Assembly (NCBI GenBank): GCA_029552985.1
Contig: JAKPDB010000176.1
Coordinates: 64,798 to 128,797 of the forward strand
Direction: 5' to 3'
DNA: 64,000 nucleotides
DNA from: a bacterium
GTDB taxonomy: Bacteria; Ratteibacteria; UBA8468; B48-G9; DTJG01
The translations under genes and the position numbers were made by a program. Below the pieces are notes generated by a model. That model made no database searches and was not told the origin of the DNA. It saw nothing but the letters and a program-made list of their open reading frames with translations. This document shows positions 26,325-35,753 of the stretch, piece by piece; the stretch's first letter is position 1; every line of letters begins with the position of its first letter.

Positions 26325-26864
26325 ATGAGTGAAGTAATTCTGGAACTGGTGGAAGAATTTTTTCAACAAAGGAAATATTTTACCGCAAGAAGTGGAAATC
26401 TTGTCCTTATAAGAAAAACAAAAAACGAAGATAATTCAGACACAGGTTTTATCCTTGATGAAATGTCTGCTGAACACATCTGCACAGCAATCGTCAAACC
26501 AATTGCATGGCACACATGTAAAATCACAACAAGGGTTCTCGAAACATTTCCCGAAATTCTTGAATTCGCAAAAGAAAATCAAGAAAAGAAACTTCTCGAA
26601 TGGTTCAGGGGAGAAAATTTCAAAAAAATTCTGGTCATTCCACAATTGCCGGCTCATATCGACCTAAGGCAGAAGGTGCTGGAAAAACTCCAGGGCACAG
26701 GGATTAATCATTTGATTACTATTCCGGTAATTCTAACAGGCGTTATCAATAAAATAGAACCGAGAAAGGTCTATTCTTCGCCCATCTGCGACCTTTTAAG
26801 GGTATTAAAATTTTATAAACTGATTTCCATTTCACAGGAACAAATGGAATTACCACTTCGGTGA
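26325..26864 (+). CDS. Hypothetical protein
   Basis: 179-aa ORF tightly packed between pilD (3-nt gap) and recG (GTGA-type overlap at 26861-26864; recG starts with GTG). I recognise no motif. Coding is inferred from packing and codon usage. Confidence 0.5.
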   Translation: MSEVILELVEEFFQQRKYFTARSGNLVLIRKTKNEDNSDTGFILDEMSAEHICTAIVKPIAWHTCKITTRVLETFPEILEFAKENQEKKLLEWFRGENFKKILVIPQLPAHIDLRQKVLEKLQGTGINHLITIPVILTGVINKIEPRKVYSSPICDLLRVLKFYKLISISQEQMELPLR

Positions 26865-28900
26865 GTATGTTGACGCCTGAAACTTCAGTTAAAATGATTC
26901 CAGGAGTTGGCCCCCAGAAAGCAGAGTGTTTTCATAAAATGGATATTTTCACAATAAAGGACTTATTATTTCATTTCCCGCGCAAATATCTTGATAGAAG
27001 GCAGATTAAAAAAATCAGTGAAGTAATTCCTGGTGAAACTGTCTCGGTAAAAGGAGATGTCATTGCAGCAGAAGAAAAACGAATAAGAAAACTTTCCCTT
27101 GTCAGAATTGCAATATCCGATGGAACCGGCGTAATCTTCCTGATCTTCTTCAACCAGAATTATATTTTAAACACCCTGAAACCAGGAACAAAGGTGTTTG
27201 TATATGGGAAAATTGATATTTACAAAGAAAATCTTCAAATCAACAATCCGCTTTTTGAAATTCTTGAAAATAAAAAAAGACCTGATTATATTCTTCCTGT
27301 TTATTCGGTTGTCTCTGGTTTAACACAGAACTTTTTGAGAAAGTGCATGCGATATATTTTAAAAAATATACAACAATTCCCCCAGGACATTCTTCCACTG
27401 GAAGATAGAGTTCGATTGAAACTATCAAGCATGAAGCACGCCCTTACAAACATCCACTTTCCAGAAAATCAGATAAATCTTGAAAGAGCTCGACGCCATT
27501 TAATTTTTGATGAATTTTTCAGATTACAGATCGGACTCATTTATAAAAAAATCATAGCCACTGGACAACCCAAAAATATTGATGACAATAGGTTCATAAG
27601 TTCATTAGTTCATAACTTTGAAAAAATGCTTCCGTTTCAAGTTACAAAAGACCAGACGAAGGTGATGGAAGAGATATTGAACGACCTTAATAAGGGTAAG
27701 ATTATCAATCGCCTATTACAGGGAGAAGTGGGTTCAGGAAAAACAGTGGTTGCGATATTTTTTCTCTGGCTTTTTTCAAAAGACGGTGGTCAGGGAGTGT
27801 TTCTTGCTCCAACCGAAATTCTGGCAGAACAACACTATTTGAACTGGAATCCATTTTTTCTTTCGTGTGGAATTGAAAGTGCACTTTTGACAGGAAATCT
27901 CCCTGAAAAAATGAAAAGGGAGATACGGGAAAAAATAGAAAAAAAACAAATCCGGGTGGTATTTGGAACGCATGCACTTCTGAATGAAAGAATTGTATAT
28001 CCAGAACTGAAGGCGATTGTTGTGGATGAACAGCATAAATTTGGGGTTGAGCAGAGAAACCTGTTACAGAAAAAGGGTAGTAGAATTCATTATCTTGCAA
28101 TGAGTGCAACGCCAATTCCAAGAAGTGTGGCTCTCGCTTTTTATGGCAACGTCGACATGTCAACAATCGGACAGTTGCCAAAAGGAAGCCGAAAAATTAT
28201 CAGTTACCTTTTCAAAAACGAAGAAACTGAAAAGGTTTATGAATTTATAAAAAAACAGGTACACGATGGAAAACAGGGATACTTTGTTGCGCCCACCATT
28301 ACAGCCACAGAAGAATCTTCAGTTACCTACCATTTCAATAAAATCTGTCAGGTTGTTGAACCGCATTATGTCGCATTACTTCACGGAAGATTGCCAGGAC
28401 ATGAAAAATCTTCTATTATAGAACATTTTAAAGAAAAAAAGATTCGCATCATTGTTTCTACTACTGTTATTGAGGTTGGCATTGATATTCCTGACGCAAA
28501 TTTTATCATCATTGACCAGGCTGAAAAATTTGGATTATCTCAATTACATCAAATGCGGGGTAGGGTAGGCCGAAGTGGTGAAATTGGATATTGTATTTTG
28601 ATTCACCATACTGATGATCCGGAATCTATTGGCAGGCTTGAATCATTTCTTGAAATTGAAGACGGGCTGAAACTGGCTGAAATAGATCTTTCTTTGAGAG
28701 GACCCGGAGACCTGCTCGGAGTTCGTCAGCACGGAGTACTACCTTTGAAAATAGGCAATATTGTCACAGATATTGAAATCCTCAATGAATCCAGAAAAGA
28801 AGCAGAGAGAATTTTAAGCAACAGATTGTATCTGCAAGAAAAATATGTACAAATTAAAGAGTATCTGGAACACTGTATCCAGAGTGAAATCATTGATTAG
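26861..28900 (+). CDS. recG: ATP-dependent DNA helicase RecG
   Basis: 679 aa. N-terminal wedge/OB region, Walker A GEVGSGKT, VVDEQHKFG (DEQH box), MSATPIPRS, HGRL, QLHQMRGRVGRSG. Confidence 0.95.
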   Translation: MSMLTPETSVKMIPGVGPQKAECFHKMDIFTIKDLLFHFPRKYLDRRQIKKISEVIPGETVSVKGDVIAAEEKRIRKLSLVRIAISDGTGVIFLIFFNQNYILNTLKPGTKVFVYGKIDIYKENLQINNPLFEILENKKRPDYILPVYSVVSGLTQNFLRKCMRYILKNIQQFPQDILPLEDRVRLKLSSMKHALTNIHFPENQINLERARRHLIFDEFFRLQIGLIYKKIIATGQPKNIDDNRFISSLVHNFEKMLPFQVTKDQTKVMEEILNDLNKGKIINRLLQGEVGSGKTVVAIFFLWLFSKDGGQGVFLAPTEILAEQHYLNWNPFFLSCGIESALLTGNLPEKMKREIREKIEKKQIRVVFGTHALLNERIVYPELKAIVVDEQHKFGVEQRNLLQKKGSRIHYLAMSATPIPRSVALAFYGNVDMSTIGQLPKGSRKIISYLFKNEETEKVYEFIKKQVHDGKQGYFVAPTITATEESSVTYHFNKICQVVEPHYVALLHGRLPGHEKSSIIEHFKEKKIRIIVSTTVIEVGIDIPDANFIIIDQAEKFGLSQLHQMRGRVGRSGEIGYCILIHHTDDPESIGRLESFLEIEDGLKLAEIDLSLRGPGDLLGVRQHGVLPLKIGNIVTDIEILNESRKEAERILSNRLYLQEKYVQIKEYLEHCIQSEIID

Positions 28901-28909
28901 GAACTCACG

Positions 28910-29605
28910 ATGAACAAAGGAAGTATCGCAGTGCTGATTCCAGCGCACAATGAAGCCAGAAACATTGGCAAACTGGTTGATGAAATCCTTAAAATCACTG
29001 ATTATGTCTGTGTTGTTGACGATGGCTCAAACGATAATACTGGAAATATTGCAAAACAACATGGGGCGTTTGTAATTAGGCATCCTGTATGTAAAGGAAA
29101 AGGTGCAGCATTAAAAACAGGTTTTCAGCACTTTAAACATCTTCCATACGATACCATTATCACGATGGATGGAGATGGCCAGCATCCTGTTTCTGACCTG
29201 CATCTATTCATTAAAGCCCTTGAAAAAAATAAAACAGCAGGAATTATTGTCGGAAGAAGAAAAATCATCGGTAGTAATATGCCACCCATCAGAAGATTAA
29301 CCAACCTTTCCATGTCAATTTTGATTTCAGTCCTTTGCTTTCAATGGATACCAGATACCCAGAATGGATTCAGGGCAGTCAAAAAAAAGGTACTGGAAAA
29401 TATGCCGATTATCACAGAGCACTTTGAAACAGAAACCGAAATACTTCTGCGGGCTTGCTGGAAAGGAGTAAAAGTCATCTCAATTCCTGTCAGCACAGTT
29501 TACCGGAGTGAAAAAAGTAAAATCAGACCAATAAGAGACACAATAAACTTTTTTTTGATGCTTTTGAAAATATGTGTGTGCCATGGAAGAAAATTTAGAT
29601 TATGA
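28910..29605 (+). CDS. Glycosyltransferase family 2 (polyprenyl-phosphate sugar transferase-like)
   Basis: IAVLIPAHNEARNI, VVDDGSNDNT, ITMDGDGQH (DxD-type), and a C-terminal hydrophobic tail. Confidence 0.85.
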   Translation: MNKGSIAVLIPAHNEARNIGKLVDEILKITDYVCVVDDGSNDNTGNIAKQHGAFVIRHPVCKGKGAALKTGFQHFKHLPYDTIITMDGDGQHPVSDLHLFIKALEKNKTAGIIVGRRKIIGSNMPPIRRLTNLSMSILISVLCFQWIPDTQNGFRAVKKKVLENMPIITEHFETETEILLRACWKGVKVISIPVSTVYRSEKSKIRPIRDTINFFLMLLKICVCHGRKFRL

Positions 29606-30230
29606 AAGATTAAGGAAATTGATGGTGGAACATCAAATCCGCGCAAGAGGTATAAGAAATGAGCGGGTACTCTCTGCATTTCTTAAAGTCCCGCGAGAAC
29701 AATTCGTTCTTGAACAATTCAGGTCTTCTGCGTATGATGACTGTCCGTTGCCAATTGATTATGGTCAAACGATCAGCCAGCCATACATGGTTGCAATTAT
29801 GACAGAACTTGCAGAACCCGAAAAAAACGACAGAGTTCTTGAAATTGGCACAGGTTCGGGTTATCAAACAGCAATATTATGTGAACTTGGTTGCAATGTC
29901 TTCTCAATTGAAAGAATTCCTGAACTTGCAGAAAGAGCGAAAAAAACCCTTGCAAAACTTGGTTATCAGGCGCATATTATCGTTGGAGATGGTACTTTAG
30001 GATTAAAGGAATTTGCTCCATATAAAATCATCATTGTCACAGCAGGCGCACCTGACATTCCCAAATCCTTGATTGAACAACTTGATGAAGGTGGAAGAAT
30101 TATTATTCCTGTTGGAACACTGTATTCACAGGATTTAATTCGCGTAATAAAGAAAAAGGGGAAACTAATAAAAGAAAATCATGGTGGGTGTCAGTTTGTA
30201 CCATTAAAGGGGAAAGAGGGCTGGGAATAA
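29574..30230 (+). CDS. pcm: Protein-L-isoaspartate O-methyltransferase
   Basis: REQFV, GQTISQPYMVAIMTE, and SAM-binding VLEIGTGSGYQTAIL. The start may be the second ATG (29583). Confidence 0.9.
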   Translation: MCAMEENLDYERLRKLMVEHQIRARGIRNERVLSAFLKVPREQFVLEQFRSSAYDDCPLPIDYGQTISQPYMVAIMTELAEPEKNDRVLEIGTGSGYQTAILCELGCNVFSIERIPELAERAKKTLAKLGYQAHIIVGDGTLGLKEFAPYKIIIVTAGAPDIPKSLIEQLDEGGRIIIPVGTLYSQDLIRVIKKKGKLIKENHGGCQFVPLKGKEGWE

Positions 30231-30857
30231 TTATATTCTTTTCTTTTTTACCTTGCTGAAAACAAACCAGAAAATCATCACCACAATGAAAAAGAAAATC
30301 AGATACTCATATTTCCTGTAATAAATCTCAATGCGTGACCAGTTTTTACCAAAGAAAAAGCCAATATAAGAAAGAAAATATGCCCATATTAGTGAACCAA
30401 TAAAGGTAAATATGCAGAATTTACTGAAATTGGTTTTTGCAACACCAGCAGGCAGTGAAATAAATGTCCTGACACCAGGCGTTAATCTTGAAAAGAAAAC
30501 CACAGGGTCTCCGTATTTTCTAAACCATCGTTCAGCCCTGTCGTAATCATCTTCTGAAATTAAAAGAAATTTCCCGCGATTTTTTATCCATTGTCGTATC
30601 AAACGGTCTTCAAGCCAGAAACCAAGGAAATATGCGCCAACTGAGCCCACAAGATTTGCGAGCGCCCCAACCAGAGAAAGAATATGAAGATTCATTTTGT
30701 TAATCGAAACAAGATAACCGGCAAATGGCATTGTAATTTCTGAAGGAATTGGAATCAGCGCTGATTCAAACGTCATCAGAACAAAAACTCCCAGATAACC
30801 AGTTTTTTCAATGATTGTTATTATGATGTTTGCGAGAAAAGAAAGTATGTGTTCCAT
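30231..30857 (-). CDS. DedA-family membrane protein
   Basis: 208 aa polytopic. GYLGVFVLMTFESALIPIPSE and FFSRLTPGVRTFISLPAGVAK motifs. Its stop abuts the pcm stop with no spacer. Confidence 0.85.
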   Translation of the reverse strand: MEHILSFLANIIITIIEKTGYLGVFVLMTFESALIPIPSEITMPFAGYLVSINKMNLHILSLVGALANLVGSVGAYFLGFWLEDRLIRQWIKNRGKFLLISEDDYDRAERWFRKYGDPVVFFSRLTPGVRTFISLPAGVAKTNFSKFCIFTFIGSLIWAYFLSYIGFFFGKNWSRIEIYYRKYEYLIFFFIVVMIFWFVFSKVKKKRI

Positions 30858-31900
30858 TATCTGTCAACAGGTACCTTTAATTTTGAGTCAGGCGTGACAA
30901 TTTTTCCTGATTTAATATCCTGCTCTGTAATGACTGCCATCAAAATTTCTTTTTTCCCATAGCGGTCGTGGTCATATATGATAAAGATTTTCCCATCTTC
31001 AGTTTCAATCGCATCAGGATATGAAACATTTTCCCTTTCATCAAGAAGAAGTTGATAACGCCATGTTCTTCCATCGTCTTCAGAAAGCATAGCAGTCAGG
31101 TGAGAACGAATTTTGTCCTTGAAACCATAGTGGTTTATCAACAACAGGTTGCCAGAGTTTAATCTTCTGCTATGAAATCTTGAACCAGGGCCAGCAATTT
31201 TAGAAGGACATCCCTTTGTCCATGTTCTTCCTCTATCATAAGAATAACTTTCGCCTATTCCATAGGACGTTCTCACAAGCATCCACAAAACACCATTTTT
31301 CAATTCCACTATCATGTGTTCATCACATGTCCTGTCAGGAACATCAGCGCTCCCAAGAAACGTGATCGTTTTTCCGCTGTCAGTTGATACATAAACATTT
31401 GAAAATCTTAAATTGCTCATTTCAGGCAACAATGGCTGCCTGTTCCAGACAGCGATTGGAAATAGCCATTCACCGCTTGAAAGCACAAGTGGCTTATTCA
31501 TCATAATACCGTCAGCAATTCTTCGCGGCTTACTCCATACAAATTCACCAGATACTTTTTCAGCAGTTACTGCCCAGACACCTGCTTTTCCATCCCACCA
31601 GTTTTTACTCATTGCCCAGAATAGCCATAATTTACCAGTTGGGTCAGTCCATAAACACGGGTCAAAGGCGCGTATTTCATCAGGCGGATCAATCACAATT
31701 ACTGGTTCACTCCAGCTACTCCCCTTATCTTTGCTATTGACAACAATCACGTAATTGCAAGGTCCTTCTCCATCTCCACCACTGTACCAGGTTGCCCACA
31801 ACAACCCATCAGGAGTCATTGCAATTCCTGGAATTCCCTGCCACCTTCTGTTTTCTCGTCTGTATTGTGAACCAGGAGACAATAAAATATACTCACACAT
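30857..31900 (-). CDS. BNR/Asp-box repeat sialidase-like beta-propeller protein
   Basis: Four Asp-boxes (SKDKGSSW, STDSGKTI, SYDRGRTW, SEDDGRTW). No obvious signal peptide. Substrate unknown. Confidence 0.7.
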   Translation of the reverse strand: MCEYILLSPGSQYRRENRRWQGIPGIAMTPDGLLWATWYSGGDGEGPCNYVIVVNSKDKGSSWSEPVIVIDPPDEIRAFDPCLWTDPTGKLWLFWAMSKNWWDGKAGVWAVTAEKVSGEFVWSKPRRIADGIMMNKPLVLSSGEWLFPIAVWNRQPLLPEMSNLRFSNVYVSTDSGKTITFLGSADVPDRTCDEHMIVELKNGVLWMLVRTSYGIGESYSYDRGRTWTKGCPSKIAGPGSRFHSRRLNSGNLLLINHYGFKDKIRSHLTAMLSEDDGRTWRYQLLLDERENVSYPDAIETEDGKIFIIYDHDRYGKKEILMAVITEQDIKSGKIVTPDSKLKVPVDR

Positions 31901-31932
31901 AAATTTTTCCTGCTATTTTTTAAAAATAACGG

Positions 31933-33222
31933 TTATTGAAATCTTGCTGACCAGTCGGGTTTTGTCCAACGTACAATAATTCTTGTTCCTGGCCCAGTGC
32001 CCAAACCAGGGTCTTCAGGAAAACTTATCTCTCGTAGCGCCACATCATAATGAACAATTGCATTATTAATCAGAGTAAGATTGTTAGAAACAATACCTCC
32101 AAAAAATTGACTGTTATTAGCAAGGGTAATGCTTGAAGTAGGAGCATAAATTACGCCATTAAATGCCTGCGCATTATTGGCAAGCGTCAAATTGGTGGAA
32201 CTTGCAACATAAATCCTTAAATTTCCTGTTGTCTGTGATGTGTTATTAATCACAGAATTATTTGCAAGAGTTGGAGTAAAAGAAGTGCCCTGATTACCCA
32301 AATACCAGATAACAACACCATTGTTTTGTATAATTACCTGAGTATTATTCGAAAGAGTCAAAGATGATTCAATGTAAAACCTCGTATTTCCTGTAATGTA
32401 CATAATAGAATTATTGTTTAGGGTAATACTTTTAAACCTGAAATCACCACCAGAAATAGTAATAACCTTGTTATTGCCCACAGTCAGTCGACCATTTGAA
32501 ATTGTGTAGTTACCTGTAATTCTTGAATCACCTTGTACAGGATATGGTAAATTCATTAAATCCGACGGCACAGTGACATCTGGTAAGTTGTTAAGTGGGT
32601 CATCGAAACTATGATATAAATCACTATCTGACACAGTAGCACCGTTTCCAAGATACAAATATTGTGGACCATCTTCAACCATTGCAGTTCCATAAATGTG
32701 TGCATTATTATAAAGAGTCATTGTGCCCTTACTGCCAGTATCTCCATGATTTCCTCTATTTGAAGGTCCATATGGACCACGTCGCGAATCATAACTGTCG
32801 ACCCAGGCATTATTATAAATTGTTACTGATTGATGCCCGAATAAACCCTGCCCGAAAGAACCACCTGCACCACCACCTGAACCCATAGGCCGATACGTTG
32901 TAACTGAAATTCTTGTTTCCTGGCTGCCATATCTTCCTGTGGATATAAAAACTATTGTTTCTCCCTGAACTGATTCAGATACAACAAATGTGCCGCCTCC
33001 AAAACTTACAGGGTTTGTTGGTGGATGCCATGACTCATTTGCTCTTTTATTTGCAAATGCCCAGTTTGCACCTGCCTCTGCGATATAAAATGACTTTTCT
33101 TTATGGTACCTCTTCATTGCTGCAATCTGTTCATTGCCACCAAGATATAAAATACCCATTCCCATAATCAATGCCACAATCACAAAAATAATTGCCATTG
33201 GCAAAACATATCCTTTTTTCAT
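31933..33222 (-). CDS. PilX-like N-terminal anchor + Asn-rich beta-helix repeat protein (putative pilus-associated / tip protein)
   Basis: The N-terminal hydrophobic segment (LPMAIIFVIVALIMGMGILYLGG) is followed by YIAEAGANWA, as in PilX_N. The C-terminal half repeats the motif x-T/L-L-A/S-N-N-x (LTLSNNTQV, PTLANNSVI, LTLANNAQAFNGVIYAP, ITLANNSQFFGGIV, LTLINNAIVHYD). Located after the minor pilins. Confidence 0.55.
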   Translation of the reverse strand: MKKGYVLPMAIIFVIVALIMGMGILYLGGNEQIAAMKRYHKEKSFYIAEAGANWAFANKRANESWHPPTNPVSFGGGTFVVSESVQGETIVFISTGRYGSQETRISVTTYRPMGSGGGAGGSFGQGLFGHQSVTIYNNAWVDSYDSRRGPYGPSNRGNHGDTGSKGTMTLYNNAHIYGTAMVEDGPQYLYLGNGATVSDSDLYHSFDDPLNNLPDVTVPSDLMNLPYPVQGDSRITGNYTISNGRLTVGNNKVITISGGDFRFKSITLNNNSIMYITGNTRFYIESSLTLSNNTQVIIQNNGVVIWYLGNQGTSFTPTLANNSVINNTSQTTGNLRIYVASSTNLTLANNAQAFNGVIYAPTSSITLANNSQFFGGIVSNNLTLINNAIVHYDVALREISFPEDPGLGTGPGTRIIVRWTKPDWSARFQ

Positions 33223-33687
33223 CTATGAATTCCTCATATAAACAGAAAAAGAACCTGCAATCAACCTCGTTCCTTTACCAACTTCAATATTTACCACTAC
33301 ACGGTCGTCCTCAATATCAAAAGAAACATCCTGTAATGTCGTAATCACTTTCTCTACTGAATTTCGACTGACATTTTTCCATAGAAGTACTGATGGATTT
33401 GATGGGTCAGGATAAAACTCATGAATCCATGATTGATTCTGTCCGACAGCCCTGATATGGTTTTCACTTAATATTTCCACGTTACTTGCTTCTTCAATAA
33501 CACTTTTCAGCACATGCGATGCAAGGTCGAAATCAACCTGTAAGGATGCAATCTCATTGCTCCTTTTCCATTCCTTATAAGATTCTATAAGAATACTGCT
33601 TGATGCAAATATCGCAAGAGAGCCAAGCACAAGAACCACCGTTAATTCAATAAGCCCAAGCCCTCTTTTATTTCTTGTAAGTTTCAT
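33223..33687 (-). CDS. Minor (pseudo)pilin with prepilin-type N-terminus
   Basis: KRG|LGLIELTVVLVLGSLAIF, a class III signal with Glu+5. 154 aa. Adjacent to the other pilin-like genes. Confidence 0.75.
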   Translation of the reverse strand: MKLTRNKRGLGLIELTVVLVLGSLAIFASSSILIESYKEWKRSNEIASLQVDFDLASHVLKSVIEEASNVEILSENHIRAVGQNQSWIHEFYPDPSNPSVLLWKNVSRNSVEKVITTLQDVSFDIEDDRVVVNIEVGKGTRLIAGSFSVYMRNS

Positions 33688-34046
33688 GGTTGCGCAATCA
33701 TCGTTGAAATACTGACAATTTCTTTACCGTCCGGTACCTGAATTTTTACTGTCACGGTTTTCAATGGCAATGTTTGGTCAGGCACAACATTTGTAATCCT
33801 TTGCACCTGAATGTTTCCAACTCTTATATTTTCAGTTTCGTTTTGAATTTGCGAATAGTCAGCGGATTTTATCATCTCAATTTTTTCAATTGCACACCAA
33901 GTCGCAAGCCGGGTGATATCAGATTGGCTAAGATTTCTGCTACTGGCAAAATAAAAGGCAGATGTTCCTATCAGGGCAATTGCAATAATCACAAAAGCAA
34001 GAAGAAATTCAATAATTGTAAAGCCCGCATGAAACCTTTTTTTCAT
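33684..34046 (-). CDS. Minor (pseudo)pilin with prepilin-type N-terminus
   Basis: HAG|FTIIEFLLAFVIIAIALIG with Glu+5. 120 aa. Overlaps both neighbours by 4 nt. Confidence 0.75.
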   Translation of the reverse strand: MKKRFHAGFTIIEFLLAFVIIAIALIGTSAFYFASSRNLSQSDITRLATWCAIEKIEMIKSADYSQIQNETENIRVGNIQVQRITNVVPDQTLPLKTVTVKIQVPDGKEIVSISTMIAQP

Positions 34047-35740
34047 TGCTCACCTTTATCAACGCCTGTGCGAGATTTTTCTTCTTCTGCGATTCTTTTG
34101 CCAAGTTGTTCTGTAATAATACGGGGGGTGAGAAATATCACAAGGTCTGTCTTTTTCATCTGCCTGTTCTTATTACTGAACAAAAACGGCAAAACATTTC
34201 CCAAAACCGGCACTTTGTTTTCTCCCTTGATATTTTCTGTACTCAAAAGACCGCCAATCACAATTGTTTCACCATTTTTTACATTCACCTTTGTAAGGGT
34301 TGACCTTTCTGATGTTTCCACTGCATCTTTGAAAAACGCTGACTGCTTTGCTGAAATTACCTTTGGCATAACTTCCATTGTCACTGTATTATTATTACCC
34401 ACATAGGGCACTGCAACAAGAATAATGCCAATATCCCTGTATTCGTATTCAGTTACAGTGGTACCTGTTCCACCTGTGCTTGTTGTCGTAACCTTTGGAG
34501 CCACAGGAATGTTGCTTGTAATACGGATTGTTGCTGGAGTCCCGTTTAATGTTGTCACCCTGGGATTTGCAAGGATATTGGCTTCTCCCTTTGTTTGAAG
34601 TGCTTTTATATTTACCACGAGATTTGACCATGCTATCGTTCCACTGGTATCCCATCCAGGAATAGATGTTGTCAATGTTCCTGTAATAGTTGCAAGATTG
34701 CCAGAATTGTCTGTCCATGTTATTCCTAAGTTTTTCGTGGCATCTTCTGTTAATTCCACTATCATTGCCTCAATTGAAACCTGAACAGCAGGTGTATCAA
34801 GTGAAGAAATAATGGATGTCACCTCATCAAGAAAATCCTGTGTTCCCACGAGAATTAAACTGTTGGTTCTTTCATCTGGAAGGATAGAAAAACCAGTTGA
34901 AATATCAGTGGAAATCTGGACCTTGCCACTGATATTTTTTTCTTTCTGTCCTGTAAGAGTAGGGTAGGTACCCGTTGTACCAGTGCCTGTACCGGTTGTT
35001 GTCCCTGAAGAAGTGGTGCCTGTTGTTCCAGAGGTAGTAGCTGAACTTACGCCAGCAGACGCTGTTCCAAGGTCTCCTGTTTCTTTTGTATTTGTACCAA
35101 TTGTAATTTCTGCCTTTGACTGAGTATCCTTATCACCTTTGTTTTTCTTAACCACAGATAAAACCACTGGCCAGATGTCTCCTGCTGTCACATATTTCAA
35201 AGAATATACAGTGGTTTTTACTGGTAGGTTTTTGTGCTCAACATCAAGATTTTCAACAATTGCTTTAATAATTTCCACATTTGCCGGAGTATCTTTTACA
35301 ACAATGGTATTTGTCCGATTATCAACAGCAATGCTTTTTTCAAAACCAATATTTTTCAACTCAGTAGCAATATCAGAAGCAAAGGCATGCTTCAGTTGAA
35401 AACAGGCACTTACAGGTTTTTGCGGAGACAGTTTTTTTTGTTCTGAATACACGATGTAAACATCAGAATCAGGCAATTTTTGTCGATACAAACCATTTGC
35501 AGCAAGAATACTTTCTATTGCCTGTTCTGCAGAGACGTTTTCAAGATATGCTGTGATGGGCTTATCTGCAATGTCAGAACCCGGAATAAGTTTTGAACCT
35601 GTTTTCTTGCTCAAAATCTCAAGGACAAGCGACAGTTTTGTCTGGTTGAATGTTAATGATTCTATTTTCTGGGATGCAAAGCAACTGAAAGAAAGTATAA
35701 AGACGCTCAAAACAATGATTTTCAAAAGTAACCTTTTCAT
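34043..35740 (-). CDS. pilQ: Type IV pilus secretin
   Basis: 565 aa with signal peptide and N-domains. Secretin C-domain strings ILANPRVTTLNGTPATI, VPVLGNVLPFLFSNKN, DLVIFLTPRII. It contains a Thr/Gly/Ser-rich insert (aa ~226-264, nt 34949-35065). Confidence 0.9.
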   Translation of the reverse strand: MKRLLLKIIVLSVFILSFSCFASQKIESLTFNQTKLSLVLEILSKKTGSKLIPGSDIADKPITAYLENVSAEQAIESILAANGLYRQKLPDSDVYIVYSEQKKLSPQKPVSACFQLKHAFASDIATELKNIGFEKSIAVDNRTNTIVVKDTPANVEIIKAIVENLDVEHKNLPVKTTVYSLKYVTAGDIWPVVLSVVKKNKGDKDTQSKAEITIGTNTKETGDLGTASAGVSSATTSGTTGTTSSGTTTGTGTGTTGTYPTLTGQKEKNISGKVQISTDISTGFSILPDERTNSLILVGTQDFLDEVTSIISSLDTPAVQVSIEAMIVELTEDATKNLGITWTDNSGNLATITGTLTTSIPGWDTSGTIAWSNLVVNIKALQTKGEANILANPRVTTLNGTPATIRITSNIPVAPKVTTTSTGGTGTTVTEYEYRDIGIILVAVPYVGNNNTVTMEVMPKVISAKQSAFFKDAVETSERSTLTKVNVKNGETIVIGGLLSTENIKGENKVPVLGNVLPFLFSNKNRQMKKTDLVIFLTPRIITEQLGKRIAEEEKSRTGVDKGEQ

Positions 35741-35753
35741 AGTTGCCTCTCTG

